Assembly: GCA_964016885.1 (NCBI GenBank) | Contig: OZ024743.1 | Location: 173,290,001-173,354,000 of the forward strand | From: Eledone cirrhosa | Lineage: Eukaryota | DNA: 64,000 nt | Direction: 5' to 3' | In this document: positions 27,481 to 41,480 of the stretch, piece by piece | How the letters are laid out: every line of letters begins with the position of its first letter | How positions within the stretch are numbered: the stretch's first letter is position 1 | Translations under genes and position numbers: made by a program | The notes under the pieces: generated by a model | Database searches by the model: none | What the model was told of the DNA's origin: nothing | The model's input: only the letters and a program-made list of their open reading frames with translations

Positions 27481-28399
27481 ATTCATGGAGAAAGAATGCT
27501 GTTCCTTAACTCATAAACTACAAATGGCCATGACATTTGGAACCTTCAAAATCTATAAAACATTTTTACGATTCATAAGGTGAATGAGTGCACAAGTGAT
27601 GATGAAAATTTCTTTTTCTTTGCAACATTGCCACCAGGAAGGCAGCCAGTCAGAAAATAAACTCAGAATTAAGAGAAAGAGATAAGATATACATACACAC
27701 ATGCATTCACAGCACACACAGATACATACATACAATGGGCTTCTGCACAATTTTCTATCTACTAAATTTTTCTCCAAAAATATTGGTCACTCAAAAGATA
27801 TTCTATTGTGCTTATTTGAAAGCAATTAATTATGTGGAGATTCTGAAATTTACTTACACTACTAAGGTGTATTTTGGTTTATGTTTTTTAGCAGTATAGT
27901 GGAAGGATTCACTTGACTTTGATTAGTTACATGGGGTAGTGATAGGGAAGGTTGGATTGGAGAATACTAATTATTCACTCTTCTTTCTCAGCTGAACTGG
28001 AATCAAAGCACCCCATATCAATTCTGTGAACTATAAGTGACCATCTGTCAGTTTGGTTGTAGGTTTTGTATTGTGTAATAACTGCCTGGTTGTTGGTGTG
28101 GTTGTAGTTGTTGATGTGTGACCTCATTTCAACAAATTGCCTTTCATGAATTGAAGCTGCATAATTAATACTACTTGTTGTTGTTGGTATTAGGTGGTCT
28201 ATTCTAATCAGTATAATTAATCATGCCACTAACTCAAGCAGTCGTAGGATTAGACAAAAACTGCTTTATCAGATACGTGTATTAAGTAAAGCAATTCATA
28301 CACACACATACATACATACACACATTCATACATACATATTAGAGAGAATCGGGGCCCGACAGTTGAGCTCTTGCTGTTTCAACATATGTATATATATAT

Positions 28400-28710
28400 C
28401 ATCATCATCATCATCATCATTTTACGTCTGCTTTTCCCTGATTGCAAGGGTGGGGCGGGAACTGATTCTGGCTTGATTTCTACAGCTGGATGCCCTTCGT
28501 AACACCACCCTCATATACAGTGAGTGCTGGGTGTTTTTGCAGTGGATTGATATGGACCCCAGTCCTTATCATCTCATTTATACAGCTGAGTAAACTGTAG
28601 CATTGTGAAATAAAGTGTCTTGCTCAAGGAAACAACACATCACCCGGTCTGAGAATTGAACTCACAACCTTTCGATTGCAAGGTTGTGAGTTCAATTCTC
28701 AGACCGAGTG
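28400..28710 (-). mobile_element. tRNA-derived CORE-type SINE with RTE-like tail
   Basis: Reverse complement of 55745-56068. Confidence 0.8.
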
Positions 28711-28740
28711 AATGTATATGTGTATATATATATAGAAATG

Positions 28741-28799
<59 letters not shown>

Positions 28800-28802
<3 letters not shown>

Positions 28803-31800
28803 GAACTACATAAAAGCTATAAGAAAACTACTATGAAAAACTTGGAAGATATTAATATGGAAGGCTATAATATAGTGTCCAAACTAGGACTTCAGAGACA
28901 TACACAACCATATACCCCAAACCCCCTAGATTCTCTCTGAAGGACCATAAGGAGGACTTCATTAGCAACCCTTCGATTAGACTTATCTGCCCTTCCAAGT
29001 CTGACATTGGCATTATCAGTAAGAAAATTTTAGATAAAATCATCCCACAGATTAAACACAAGATATACCTTAAACAATGGGGAAATACGGGTGAAGTTAT
29101 TGAATGGTTCAAAGATATCAAGGATAACAAGGATAAAAAATTTATTCAATTTGATATCAATTCATACTACACCTCTATTTCCCCTATCCTATTAAATAAG
29201 GCACTAATCATGGCCATGGACAATAGTGACCTGACTAGACCCCAGATTGATGTCATTCTTGCGGCCCGTAAAACCGTAATCACCTTTGAAGACCAATTAT
29301 GGACCCGCAAGGATATGCAAAACAACTTCGACATAACCATGGGATCTAGTTACTCGGCGCAGGTCACTGATTTGGTCGGCTTATATTTACTTAACGAAAT
29401 CCATAAGGACCTTCCATACCTCAACGGTGGTTTGTACCGCGATGATGCACTTCTACTTATAGACTATAAAAAATTCAATATAGAAAGAACTAGAAAACTA
29501 TTGCACAAGACATTCAAAAACTATAACCTTAGTATCACCATAGACAAAAACACTAAAAACGTTAACTTCCTAGACGCCACCCTCTACCTAGACTCAAAGA
29601 TATATACACCTTTCCATAAACCTAACGAAAAACTGATTTACGTAGATACCAAGTCTAACCACCCTAGATCAATATTAAACTCTATCTCTAAGGGAGTATC
29701 CAATAGAATCTCTAATCTATCCTATGACGTAAACATATTTAGCAAAAACTCACAATATTATAATCAGGCATTAGCTAGATCAGGCCATAATATAGAGATC
29801 GAGTTCCTACCTACAAAAACACATAGCTACAACATTATTTCATTATGTCCATGAGGAAATTTAGTAATAAGAATAGCAACCACACACACACTAATACGAA
29901 GGATGCCAACAAACGTAACCCACACCACAGAAGTTACCATAGTACCATAAAAGGAAACAACTTAACAGACATAAAAAACAAAAATAGAAGAAGAAATAAT
30001 ACATTTTTCAACCCTCCTTTCAATCTAAACGTCTCTACCAACCTACCTAAGGCTTTCTTCTCACTCCTAGATAAAAAAAAAACTTCCCATCTGGCCACAA
30101 GTACCATAGCCTTTTAGGCAAAAACACAATTAAAATCTCCTACTCTACTACGCCTAACATAGCATACCACATAGCTAGCAGCAATAAAAGAAAAATTAAT
30201 TCTTACTTCCAACAAACTAAATCACAACAGGCGGTAAACCTTCAAAATAACATTATATCAACTAACCCTGATAACAATAGTAATAATAGTAATAGCACTA
30301 GTGTAAGCAATAATGTTGGGAACAACAACCCCCATAACCATAATCCTACAGCTACCATCCAGACTTCTACACAACATAATAACCGGCAGACTAACACCCA
30401 GAATAATTGTAACTGTAGATCTAATAGAACCTGCCCTTTAGATAAAAAATGCTTAATCAAGGATATCATATACTCATGTACCGTCACAACTAGCAACTCT
30501 TCCGAAACCTATATAGGCTCTACTTCAAACTGCTTCAAAACCAGATACAATTCGCACCTCCACTCTTTTCAAAAAACACAGTCTAGTCAACTCCACTTCA
30601 CTATCTAGCTACATACACTATCTAAAAACTAAAAATAGATCTTATACACTTAAACGGGAAGTGATAGGTAAGGCGACATCGTACAAACCACCTAATAAAT
30701 TTTGTAACCTCTGTCTACTAGAGACCCATACTATTATCTTCTCAAACCATAACCTCCTTAATAAAAATCAGAAGTGTTCGCGTCATGCCAGCACCGCTTC
30801 CAACACTCCTTCCAAAACTTTAAACCCAATATATAGCAACATCAGACTTGAACCCATCACCACTTCTAGCAACACACCTCAAGGGCACACATTACACCAC
30901 AACTCCACACTCAATGATCCACCCTATCTTAACACAATTAGTGACATCTATCTAGAATCTTTTACCCTAGAAATATCCCCATGTACATCTACTTTTAATA
31001 TGATTGCCTTCAATTACTTAGACTACATTACACCACTATATAATTAAATGTAAACTTTAAACACTGAATTATTTGTGCTATTGTTGTTCTGTGTATGGAG
31101 TGCCATCATTGGATACATAGAAGATTAATTTATTAACATAAAAGAGCTATGTAACCTATATGTTGAGTACAATGAATTATGTACAAGTGGTATATGAGTT
31201 ATACATACATGTATGACTTGATAGACAGATTAATGACATTGTAAGTGAGAATTGCTCTCTGGTCTACCCTAGAGATATTTAACTTTGCCATGCAATCAGA
31301 CATGCGCTGACCCAGAGCTTACCAGGGATAGTATATAGACGTAGTTCTAATAAAACCTTGCCAGGTTCTGTGGGTAGACTACATTTACAAAGATCATTGA
31401 TTTGGAGATCTGACTCTTCATGTCGAATATTCAGTGGTGGCGCTCTATGATAGAGGGTAATCATCCTAATATGGATACCTTTAGTACTTCTTGATAGAGT
31501 AGACTGTAATTTAAAGATAGGATACTTAAATTTAGAAACTGTTTATAACCATATATGTAAGGGACTCAATTGGGACACCGTTTAATGTACATTGGAATAA
31601 TAAATTTAGTTATAGAAATCAGCTAGTTACCTTCCCTCACGAATTAACTCCCCTTAATCACACACATACTTCCGGAAAATAAAACGATGTAAATTCTCGC
31701 AACAAAAACAACCTGCTCTATAAAATTGGATTAAAGAACAACAGCTGTAATAATCTAACCTAATACATCAAGCTTCCAATACTGAATCATCGTGAATTAT

Positions 31801-32541
31801 CTATATATTACGTTTCCTGGATTGTGAAAATGGTGGTGTATACGAAAACCATAACATTATTTTGCTTCTCATTTTTAATATTTCTCTGCACACAAGCTTC
31901 TTTATCATACATAAAAAATACTTTACCAGTACAACCCCTATAATACTCTTGTTTACCCGCTTAAAGTGCTTGTATTGCATATAACACCTTGCCGCACATT
32001 AATCTTATATAAATAAGACACACGTGCATGCCCCACATGTAACTATTGCATACACTAACTACTTCAAACTATCCTCTTGCATTATCTTCGTAAACTGCCG
32101 ATGTTGTATTTTAACTTTAATTTTGTTTTAATTTTCTTTTAATATGATTTTAATTTTTGAATGTAAATTGCCATGCTAAAATATTATAATGGATGTCACC
32201 CCACTGTGCATCGATATATACATATGTTTCTGGATGCCTCTCGTGTTGGAAAGGAGGTCATGTATGTAAACAATCATTGAAAAATTGCTCCGAAGACTCC
32301 AAACCTCGGTTTGGACGAAACAATTGTAAGCTAATAAATAGTTTGAACAGAACTTTGATTTATGTGATTTCTATATAACTGCTCTGTAGAACAACTGATG
32401 TTATTACATTGAGCTATTTATCTTACTGGTAATAAGGTAGTAATAAATTAGTGTCTTTCACTGTTTAGGGTTTAAAATATATATAACTATAAAAAGTTTT
32501 AGTATATACATAACCATAAATAGTATCCTTAATACTATATA

Positions 32542-32545
<4 letters not shown>
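28800..32545 (+). mobile_element. Naiad-like PLE, 5'-truncated and frameshifted (RT, GIY-YIG, ~1.7-kb 3' UTR)
   Basis: LKDHK, IQFDI, MGSSYSAQVTDLVG, GLYRDD, NFLDATL; CNCRSNRTCPL...YIGST...CNLCL; bounded by (TA)n; HHR-like motif at 32285. Confidence 0.88.
32285..32334 (+). ncRNA. Variant or degenerate minimal hammerhead (family E)
   Basis: tgct-CCGAAGA-ctccaaacctcggtttggac-GAAA-caattg-TA-agc. Confidence 0.55.
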
Positions 32546-32605
<60 letters not shown>

Positions 32606-32649
32606 ATATATATGTGTATATATATATATATGTGTATATATGTAGAAGC

Positions 32650-33372
32650 AAAGAGATATTTAAAGCAAACAAAAATTATCAAATTTATTTATAACAGATT
32701 CGAAGCACTCTACAGGTTTTCAATGATATTAATAAATAGAAACTATATTTATAAAACCATATTTATTTTATTATATATATTTCAAGCGTACCAAAATTTT
32801 GAAAAATATGTTTGCTAAATTTTAAATTGGTATTCTACCACTTCAACACATTTTTAACTCTCATTTTATTTTATAGATACTACCAAAATATATGATTATA
32901 TAATTAAATAATTAAATATAATTATATCACCCTCTTTACACCATCACTGATATGATCCATACAATTTTAATCTAAATAATAATAGTGTATTTCTAACTAA
33001 TTTTTTCTTATAATCATTCCTTAAATTTTCTTACACCCTAATATTAATATTAGCCTATCTTTTTTTCTTCTTCCCTTTATAAATTGTCTTAATAATTATT
33101 TAAATTTACCTAGCGTTTAAATATAACGATCTTTTTTCAGCCTTACATTTCAACGTCATTTACATATTCATCCTAAAGATTTGAAATTTTTCTTTCATTA
33201 TCCAAACTGAACCTGAACCGATAAGGTCTGGTTTCTTGGGTATGTCACCATTTATAAAACAAATTTTGTATTTTATCTGATGAGAGCGTACCAAAATTGT
33301 GGTACTCTTGAAATATATATAATAAAATAAATATGGTTTTATAAATATAGTTTCTATTTATTAATATCATTG
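32650..33372 (+). mobile_element. PLE-type remnant, family A: inverted tail plus 5'-truncated 3' UTR
   Basis: 32718-32797 is the reverse complement of 33290-33372. Confidence 0.75.
33269..33329 (+). ncRNA. Minimal hammerhead ribozyme (family A)
   Basis: Perfect 8-bp stem I tattttat/ataaaata; CTGATGA; gtacca/tggtac; GAAA-tatata-TA. Confidence 0.8.
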
Positions 33373-33537
33373 ATATATATATGTATATATATATATGCAT
33401 ACATATATATGTATGCATATATATGTATATATATATGTATGTATATGTATATATATATGTATGTATATGTATATATATATATGTATGTATATGTATATAT
33501 ATATATATATGTATACATATATATATATATACATATA

Positions 33538-34465
33538 TCATCATCATCATCTTCGTCTAGCCTACATCTTCCACGCTAGCATGGATTAGACGGCAGTTGT
33601 CCCACTTGAGGCAAGGTTGGTCGGATGACCGTGTTTCACTCATATAGGACTATCTGGCAGGTTTTCTACGGTTGGATGCTCTTCCAAACACCAACCACAT
33701 TTACAGTGTGGAACTGGGAACTTTTTACCGTGCTACCTACACGGCCACATGACAGCGTGGACTGTGTGTTTTTTTGTTGTGACACCTACACGATCTCGAT
33801 CTCATTATCTCATTTATTTGGACTGGATGTTGTGGTACCAACTTTATAGAGAGAGGGTGGTGTTGGTGGGAGTAGGAGGATGGGGTAGGGGTAGTGGATT
33901 GGGGTATATATTTGGTTAAGAGGTGCCTACTGACTGTAGGTTTCGCTTTGTTCATAGGCAAGGCGGGTCTTCTGTGTTACTACGTAGCGCCAAAGATCTT
34001 CGTCCAGTGACATTGTCTTAGAGAGATGCAAGTGTAACTCCGTAACTTCCATCAATTTTGATCACCCTGCACTTTTTTATACAGCTGTTGTCTTTCATGC
34101 GCATCACGTGACCATACCAACGTAGTCTTCTCTCAAGTAAACAGGATCTGATACCTCTTATTCCTAATTTCTCACTTAGTTCATTTATGCTTTGCTGTTC
34201 ACGTATATTACTATTCCACATCCAATGGAGCATGCATGCTTCGTTCCTTTCCAGTCTGCGCAGGTCCTCTGTACGTAATGCCCAGGTCTCGCTGCCATGT
34301 AGCATTGCTGTTTGTATACTGGCATCATACAATCTGCCATTCATTTTTAAAGAGAAACCTTTTGTGGCCAACAGCGGTATAAGCTCTCAGGACTTTTTCT
34401 ATCCCGTTCTGACTCTGGCTACTGTACTTTCAGAACACCCTCCACCATTGCTGATTTCGTCACCG
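33538..34465 (-). mobile_element. RTE LINE 3' fragment
   Basis: ORF 34018-34371 MLHGSETWAL...RLRWYGHV; UTR as at 7251. Confidence 0.85.
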
Positions 34466-34649
34466 GAAAGTGTGTACTATTTCTATAGAACCACATGGGC
34501 AGTATATGTATATATATGTAATATGGAATTAATTACCTTTTTATGATGTCTACCTGTTTTATTAATCATTCTTTATATATATATATGTATATGTATATGT
34601 AGATATATATATGTATGTATATATGTACATATATATATATTTAGAAAGA

Positions 34650-35361
34650 TTTGAATGGATACAGTTTAGTTGAAAGGAATTTATTGACACGTGTTTCTAT
34701 AACAGTTACATAACCTAAAACAGCTGCTATCTACAAACTTTTAGTTATGCAGACATTCAATATTTCAATGTTATTATTTACTGTCATTTCATCAGAATAA
34801 TATTACTGAGGACCTATTTAGTTTTTATAGAGAATATTAGGAGGGAGGGGTGAAGTTGTTAGAAGAATAGTTGAAGGAGTGGTTTTTCGATAGTGAGAAT
34901 TCTTGGTGGCAGTGAGTAATTAGATTCCCATCTGTTGTTTTGACATTTTTTATAGAATATATTATTGGTTATTTTTCTAAATCTATAGAAGGATTAGAGA
35001 TAGTAAAGATATGCGTGGTTGGTTTTGTGTTTGCACTTAATTAACATTCAGACTTAAATTTTTCTTTCAAGTGTACGTATCCTTTCACCCACGCATTCAC
35101 ACATAAATATATTTGCACACCTCTACAAAATACATATACTCACAATTCACATATTCATACTTACATATATATACACATGCATACACATATATATACACAC
35201 ATGTATTCATGTACATACATACGCGCTCATGTGTATACATTTTCATACTCAACTTATCTTTATATACACACGTATAGACACACACATATATATACATACA
35301 TACTCTAGTCCATGTGTACACACATACACATACATACACATCCATATACACACATATACAT

Positions 35362-35406
<45 letters not shown>

Positions 35407-36466
35407 CACTTTAATACATGAATACACTTACATCTAACTATACACATCAAACATATATATATATTTACTTATTTATATACATTTTCACATATATATACAT
35501 ACTTATGGACGTTTTTAGACACATTCATTATCGCATATTTGTACCTATTCTCATCAGCATATCTTTCCATTATTAGTATGGTAATTTAAGGTTATTAATA
35601 TATGTTGAGAAGAGATTGTTTTTATATTTTTCTAACTAAATTAAGGTTTATATAGTTGGGGGATGTCCCTCTTTTATGTAATATTCGGCTTGTAGTGGGA
35701 AAAAAAGGGTTTTAGTTCTGTGACGGCAGAATAATGTTCGTTCAATTCTGTTATTCAGCAGTTTCTTCTTGTGTGTGATTATGTAATAAATCTCAAGATT
35801 ACACAATTTGCAGAAATTTTGGCTCCTGGAAAAGCTTTGGGTTTTAGCTAATTTCTCCCATTTTAGGGTAAACTTTTGATCGCTATCCCTGAGCGTCCAA
35901 GCTTTTTCTGCTAAAGTTGTTACATTTCTTTGGCTCTGGTGTTTTATTGAGTAAGAATGCCTATACAATCGAGATTTAAACGATGTTGCCGTTGATCCCA
36001 CGTAATACCACTCGTTGCCTCCGGATTTAATGGTACACTTATAAATAATATTTTTTTCCAGGCAGTTATTGCCGAGGGGGCAGTTGTCAGGATAGGTGCA
36101 GTTACAGTTGTGTACGTTGGGTTTTCTCTGGAGTAGTATTGCGGACGAACTTAGGTGTGGTTTATTTATGTTCTGTAGTGTATTGTCTACTGTTTTTTTT
36201 GTGTTCTTTGTACTTAAGTTCTTAGTGTTTTCGTTTAACCTTCTAGTATTGATCTTTTTTATGTGTTGTTCAAGGTTTAACGCTGTAGAGTATGACAGTC
36301 TTATAGTGGTAGGGTTTAGGATTTTGTGGTATTTGTGTGATGTGGGAAAATGTCTTTTAATTATTTTAAAGAAGAGTACTGGTAAATTTGTACTAATGGA
36401 ACTATTGTATTCGGGGTTATACCATAAGTACTCTTTGCATCGCTTTCTATTAGTTTTGTTTGTTGC
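34650..36466 (-). mobile_element. 5'-truncated Naiad-like PLE (GIY-YIG region 35648-36466, 3' UTR and HHR)
   Basis: WYNP, IRLSYS, CNCTYPDNCPL, IIYKC...YVGST...FKSRLYRH, CKLCNLE. Confidence 0.88.
34681..34800 (-). ncRNA. Hammerhead ribozyme with long stem II insertion (family F)
   Basis: ttatt-CTGATGA-aatgacagt...actgttata-GAAA-cacgtg-TC-aataa (GUC triplet). Confidence 0.8.
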
Positions 36467-36549
36467 CTTTGAAATATATATAATAAAATAAATATAGTTT
36501 CCATTTATTTCCATTTATTAATATATTGTATATATATATGTATATATAT

Positions 36550-37283
36550 AAATATAAATTTATCGAGAATCGCATTTTGGTGGGTAGAAAAAGCGAAACG
36601 TAACGCAAATTCAGAGTCATGCTGGCAAGCGCTCCATAGTTTAAAAAACCAGAGATATAAATATATGTTATAAACGCCATACAAACTGAGAAGGCGTTCA
36701 AGAAGGCATTAACCACCAAACCCCAAAAAACAAGTCAAGCTAAACAGGTCAGACAAAATAAATGACAAAATCATACATATATATATATATAACTAAACTA
36801 ACTTGGACCCATTGGAATTGATGGTAAAATCCAAATACAGGGTTTCTGTGACACCTAAATCAATAATACTGTCTGCTTAAAACCATAAGCTTTTGGTATA
36901 ATGATCGAACAAGGAATATCACGTTATCAACAGGTATTTTGTTCTGTGCCAGTGTTGTGAATGACGTAGTGCTTTGTAAAAGCACATGTGTAACTCATAA
37001 GGGGGAAAACCCCAGAATTTGGCAAATGAATTCAGTATGTGTAAATCATGCAAAAATTTGCATAAATAGCACAAATCGAATAAGCACTCAACCGGGTAGT
37101 TTTTAAAATAAACTTATGCAATTAATCTGTCAATAGAATTATTAACAGGTTAATTGTAAGACTCGGGAGATTAATACAAATATAAATTCATCGAGAATCG
37201 CATTTCAGCGGATAGAAAATGCGAAAGGTAACGCAAATTCAGAGTCATGCTGACTCCATAGTTTAAAAAAACAGAGCTATAAA
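36550..37283 (+). repeat. ~105-bp direct repeats (36550-36660, 37177-37283) of an unclassified dispersed family
   Basis: atcgagaatcgcattt...aacgcaaattcagagtcatgctg...ctccatagtttaaaaaa twice; related sequence at 52075-52132 and ~8000-8105 (minus). Confidence 0.75.
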
Positions 37284-37416
37284 CACATGCTAGCAGGGAA
37301 TAGCGGACGTAAAATGATGATGATGATATGTATGTATATATGTATATATATGTATGTATATATATATATAGATATGTATATATATATATATATATGTATA
37401 TCTATATATATATATG

Positions 37417-37515
<99 letters not shown>

Positions 37516-37689
37516 ACATATATATATATGTAATAATAATAATAATAATAATACTATTTATAGTTATGTATACACTATATACAACTATAAACAGGAAAGG
37601 TCAGTCATTTATTATTACCTTATTACCAGTAAGAAAAATAGCTCAATGTAAATACATCAGATGTTTTACAGAGCAGGAATATAAATTAT

Positions 37690-38375
37690 AACTTACACAA
37701 TAATCAAAGTTATGTTCAAATCATTGCTGACAATCATTTTTTCCAAACTTTCGTTTGTAACTAACTAAAAACATTCACTAAAATAAAATTTAACCAATGT
37801 AATGGAAAAGATAGCAATAACATTAATACTCTCAACACATACACATTTGAACATTACAGAAACAATCATTACATTACATCCACCATAAACTCATAATTTT
37901 AATACTCAAACACCTTTGCCTGCTTGATATGCTTCTAAACCTATGCTATTTTATGTGATACGTTTGCCATACAGTAATTATATATGCCTAGTACCATTGC
38001 TTGTCTCCTTCCTATATATGCCTAATGCATTTGCACTCTCTACACGCTTGCATATGTACTGCTGGTGTCCTTGTTTTACGAGTAACTTTTCTCCTTAATG
38101 CCTATTATTCCCTTGTGATATCTGTCGCATGCATTCCACTCTGTGCTTTTTAATTTTAATTATTGTACAATTCTCTTGTAATATATGTCGCATCCATTCC
38201 ACTCTGTAAATACGAAACTATAGTTGACAGCATTAATATCCATGTATCTACAGGATTGTTCAGTTAACTATATGTACAAATATTGGTAGTGCTCCGATAA
38301 TCCCAAACGAAAATTTGGAAGGAACGATTGTCAGCAATAAAATGATTTGAACATAACTTTGATTATTGTGTAATT
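37690..38375 (+). mobile_element. PLE-type 3' UTR remnant with inverted tail and degenerate family E HHR
   Basis: 37695-37760 is the reverse complement of 38303-38372; similar to 32285-32365. Confidence 0.6.
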
Positions 38376-38397
38376 TATATATATATTTATATATATA

Positions 38398-38451
<54 letters not shown>

Positions 38452-38491
<40 letters not shown>

Positions 38492-38715
38492 TTTACGTCC
38501 GCCTTTTCCTTGCTTGCAAGGGTGGGACGGGAACTGATTCTGGCATGATTTCTACAGCTGGATGCCCTTCCTAACACCAACCTCATTTACAGTGAGTGCT
38601 GTGTGCTTTTTTGCCGTGGCACCTCCACGACCACTTTGCAGTGGAATGATAGGTACCCCAGTCCCTATCATCTCATTTCTACAGCTGAGTAACTGGAGCA
38701 ATGTGAAATAAAGTA
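38452..38715 (-). mobile_element. SINE 3' part with RTE-like tail and (GAT)n
   Basis: Reverse complement of 55835-56068. Confidence 0.8.
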
Positions 38716-38725
38716 TATATATATA

Positions 38726-38766
<41 letters not shown>

Positions 38767-38777
38767 ATATATATATG

Positions 38778-38840
<63 letters not shown>

Positions 38841-38845
38841 ATATA

Positions 38846-38890
<45 letters not shown>

Positions 38891-38927
38891 ATATATATAT
38901 ATATGTGTATATATATATGTATATATA

Positions 38928-38966
<39 letters not shown>

Positions 38967-38997
38967 ATATATATATATATGTGTATATATATATGTG

Positions 38998-39054
<57 letters not shown>

Positions 39055-39059
39055 GTATA

Positions 39060-40760
39060 TATAGCGGCGATGAATTAGTTTTGCGAGGTTTTTTATATGA
39101 AATCGTGTGTCGAAACAGATATTGTTATATTTGGGGAGGGTCATATTTGCGTAATATTGCCAGAATTAATAACAGAACACACTCACTGTTTGGTTGGTTT
39201 TCGCTTCTCGCTGTCTTTTATATATATATATCTGCGATCTAACTTACTCGGTCCTCAATGTTGCCATTGACTGACCGGCGACAGATACAATATAGACACA
39301 AACACATATATATAGTTTACATAATTTACATAAATCTTTCGTTGCACATCTGCAACATCGTCAGTGGTGTTATATTCATTGTTCCTCCTGTTGTGTTGTA
39401 TGTCTACGCCATTTTTTTTTGTTCAGTCTGTCTATATATTTATTTATTTATTTGCTTGTTTGTTTATCTTATTTTATTTTGTCTTCTTTGCGCATGCGTT
39501 TGCGTGTGTGTATAGTGTTATGTGTGATGTGTGACTAGTGTGTATAGTGTTGTGTCTGCTGGGTGACTAGTGTGTGTTTATGTGCTTGTGTATGTATTTA
39601 TTTATCTTATTTTATTTAATTTTATTTACTTATTTATACTTCTCTTAGGTCAGTGTTGTTTGTTTGGGTGTTGTTGTTGTTCCACTCATTCTTTCTGTTT
39701 AGCTTTGGTCTTCTAATTTCTATTTCACTGGCCTCTCTGATTTGCCTATCTGCTGGGTCATTCCTATGTTTAGATATTATTCTAATTTCTATGTCGTCTA
39801 TGTTACCGTCATGTTGTTGTCTAGCATGTTCGTATAGTACTGACCCGTTTTTTCGTCCTTTTAGTTCCCCCCAGTGTTGGTCTATCCTTTCACCTATGCT
39901 ACGAGCTGTCTCACCTATGTATGTTGTTGTCATGTTTCTGCAAGTACCCTCTGTACATCTTATGCTATAGACTACGTTTCTAGTTTTACAGTTTATCCGG
40001 GGGTTCACCTTACATATGATACATTCCCTATTGGTACAGTGGGTTTTCTTAAAAGGGTAGGTTTTGCTGATCAGGGATTTTATGGTGGTTCCTGGCTTTT
40101 CTACCACCTTTATTTTTAAGTGGGTCTTTCTCAGGGCCTTTCTACACTGGTTAGCTAATTTCCCTCCAGGGGTGGCGTCCACAAACATGACACTCTGATA
40201 TCTCTGGTTGTCGTACCATGATGTGGCCTTCCCTATCTTATGTCTAGCCCTATCTAAGCTATTCCATGATTTGCTCCTGTATAGTGGGCAAATTCCTTTC
40301 ATGTCCAGTTCTATGAGGGTCTTATACTTTTCCATGGCTCCTTCGTATACTCTGACTCTGTCTCTTTGGTTGTAGCCAGAGAACTGCATGCGGTTGATGA
40401 AGTGTTGGATGTGTCCTTCCATTTCTGTTGGGTCGCACATGCTGGACACATTCTTCATCACTCGTACCAAATCTGCGATCAGAATATTAAACTTACCACT
40501 ACTGGACATTGCTGAGTTTTTGAGTATCAGGTATTTGGAGGCCATGGGTTTAGCATAGTGTGAGTGGAGAATTTGGGCTCTCTCGTCTATAGTGTTAATC
40601 CAGAGTTCTGTGTCTAATACAGGTAGTCTATTGTTAGGGTGTTTGGAAGGGAAGTCTATAGTTACAGTTATACTCTGGTGTATGGAATTAGCTATCTGCT
40701 GGATGCTTTCCATCGTGCTACGTTCTAAATCAAACTTGTTAGTGCTCTCTAGTGGGGGTA
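39060..40760 (-). mobile_element. 5'-truncated Neptune/Nematis-like PLE (RT thumb, GIY-YIG, pLTR)
   Basis: ORF 39634-40713 homologous to the C-terminal part of 56680-59382; VVYSIRC...YIGETAR. Confidence 0.9.
39328..39370 (-). ncRNA. Minimal hammerhead motif (family G), weak stem I
   Basis: CTGACGA-tgttgcagatgtgcaac-GAAA-gatt-TA; position equivalent to the family D HHR. Confidence 0.6.
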
Positions 40761-40794
40761 GAAAAGCCAGGAACCACCATAAAATCCCTGATCA

Positions 40795-40895
<101 letters not shown>

Positions 40896-40910
40896 AAATA
40901 TATATATATA

Positions 40911-41480
40911 TGTAACGGAATATTATGTGTGGTTGTAACGACAAGTGGATGGATGGATATAACTGTTGGTATGGTGGTTTCAGTGTAAATAAAAATACCA
41001 GGAGTGTTGTTACAAAGTTTATTTTATTACAATATTCAATTTGAATATTGAATGATAAAATAATTGACACAAAATATTCATACAATAATTTGGTGGCTCT
41101 TGGAGCCACGTAAATTCAAATATCACAGAATACGATTATAATATGTGTAAACAGAAATGAATGGTGCATGTACAAATGTTGGACTCACTATGAATTGCGT
41201 GTGTGCGGCGTATCAGTATATTTACTTATTTGTATTGCAGGAGTCAGCGATCAGCCAGGAAGGTGAGAATAAGTGGTAGACTGGTTTTTCGTGACGAGAG
41301 CTTGTAAATGAGACTCGTCTTGTCTGTATCCACTGTTTTTCTCTTTTTTTGGCATAAACACCTCTGACCTGTGTTTAGCCTCTCCCAAGGGGTTAGTCTC
41401 CTGAGCGTAAACAAATTACCACGGCTTGTCCCAGAGGCGGGAAAGCTCAGATTCGGTTTCGAATCTTCGCCGCCATTATA
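40911..41480 (-). repeat. 3' LTR (570 bp); PPT ggaaggaggg at ~41484-41493
   Basis: Near-identical to 45943-46659 apart from an internal deletion. Confidence 0.93.
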
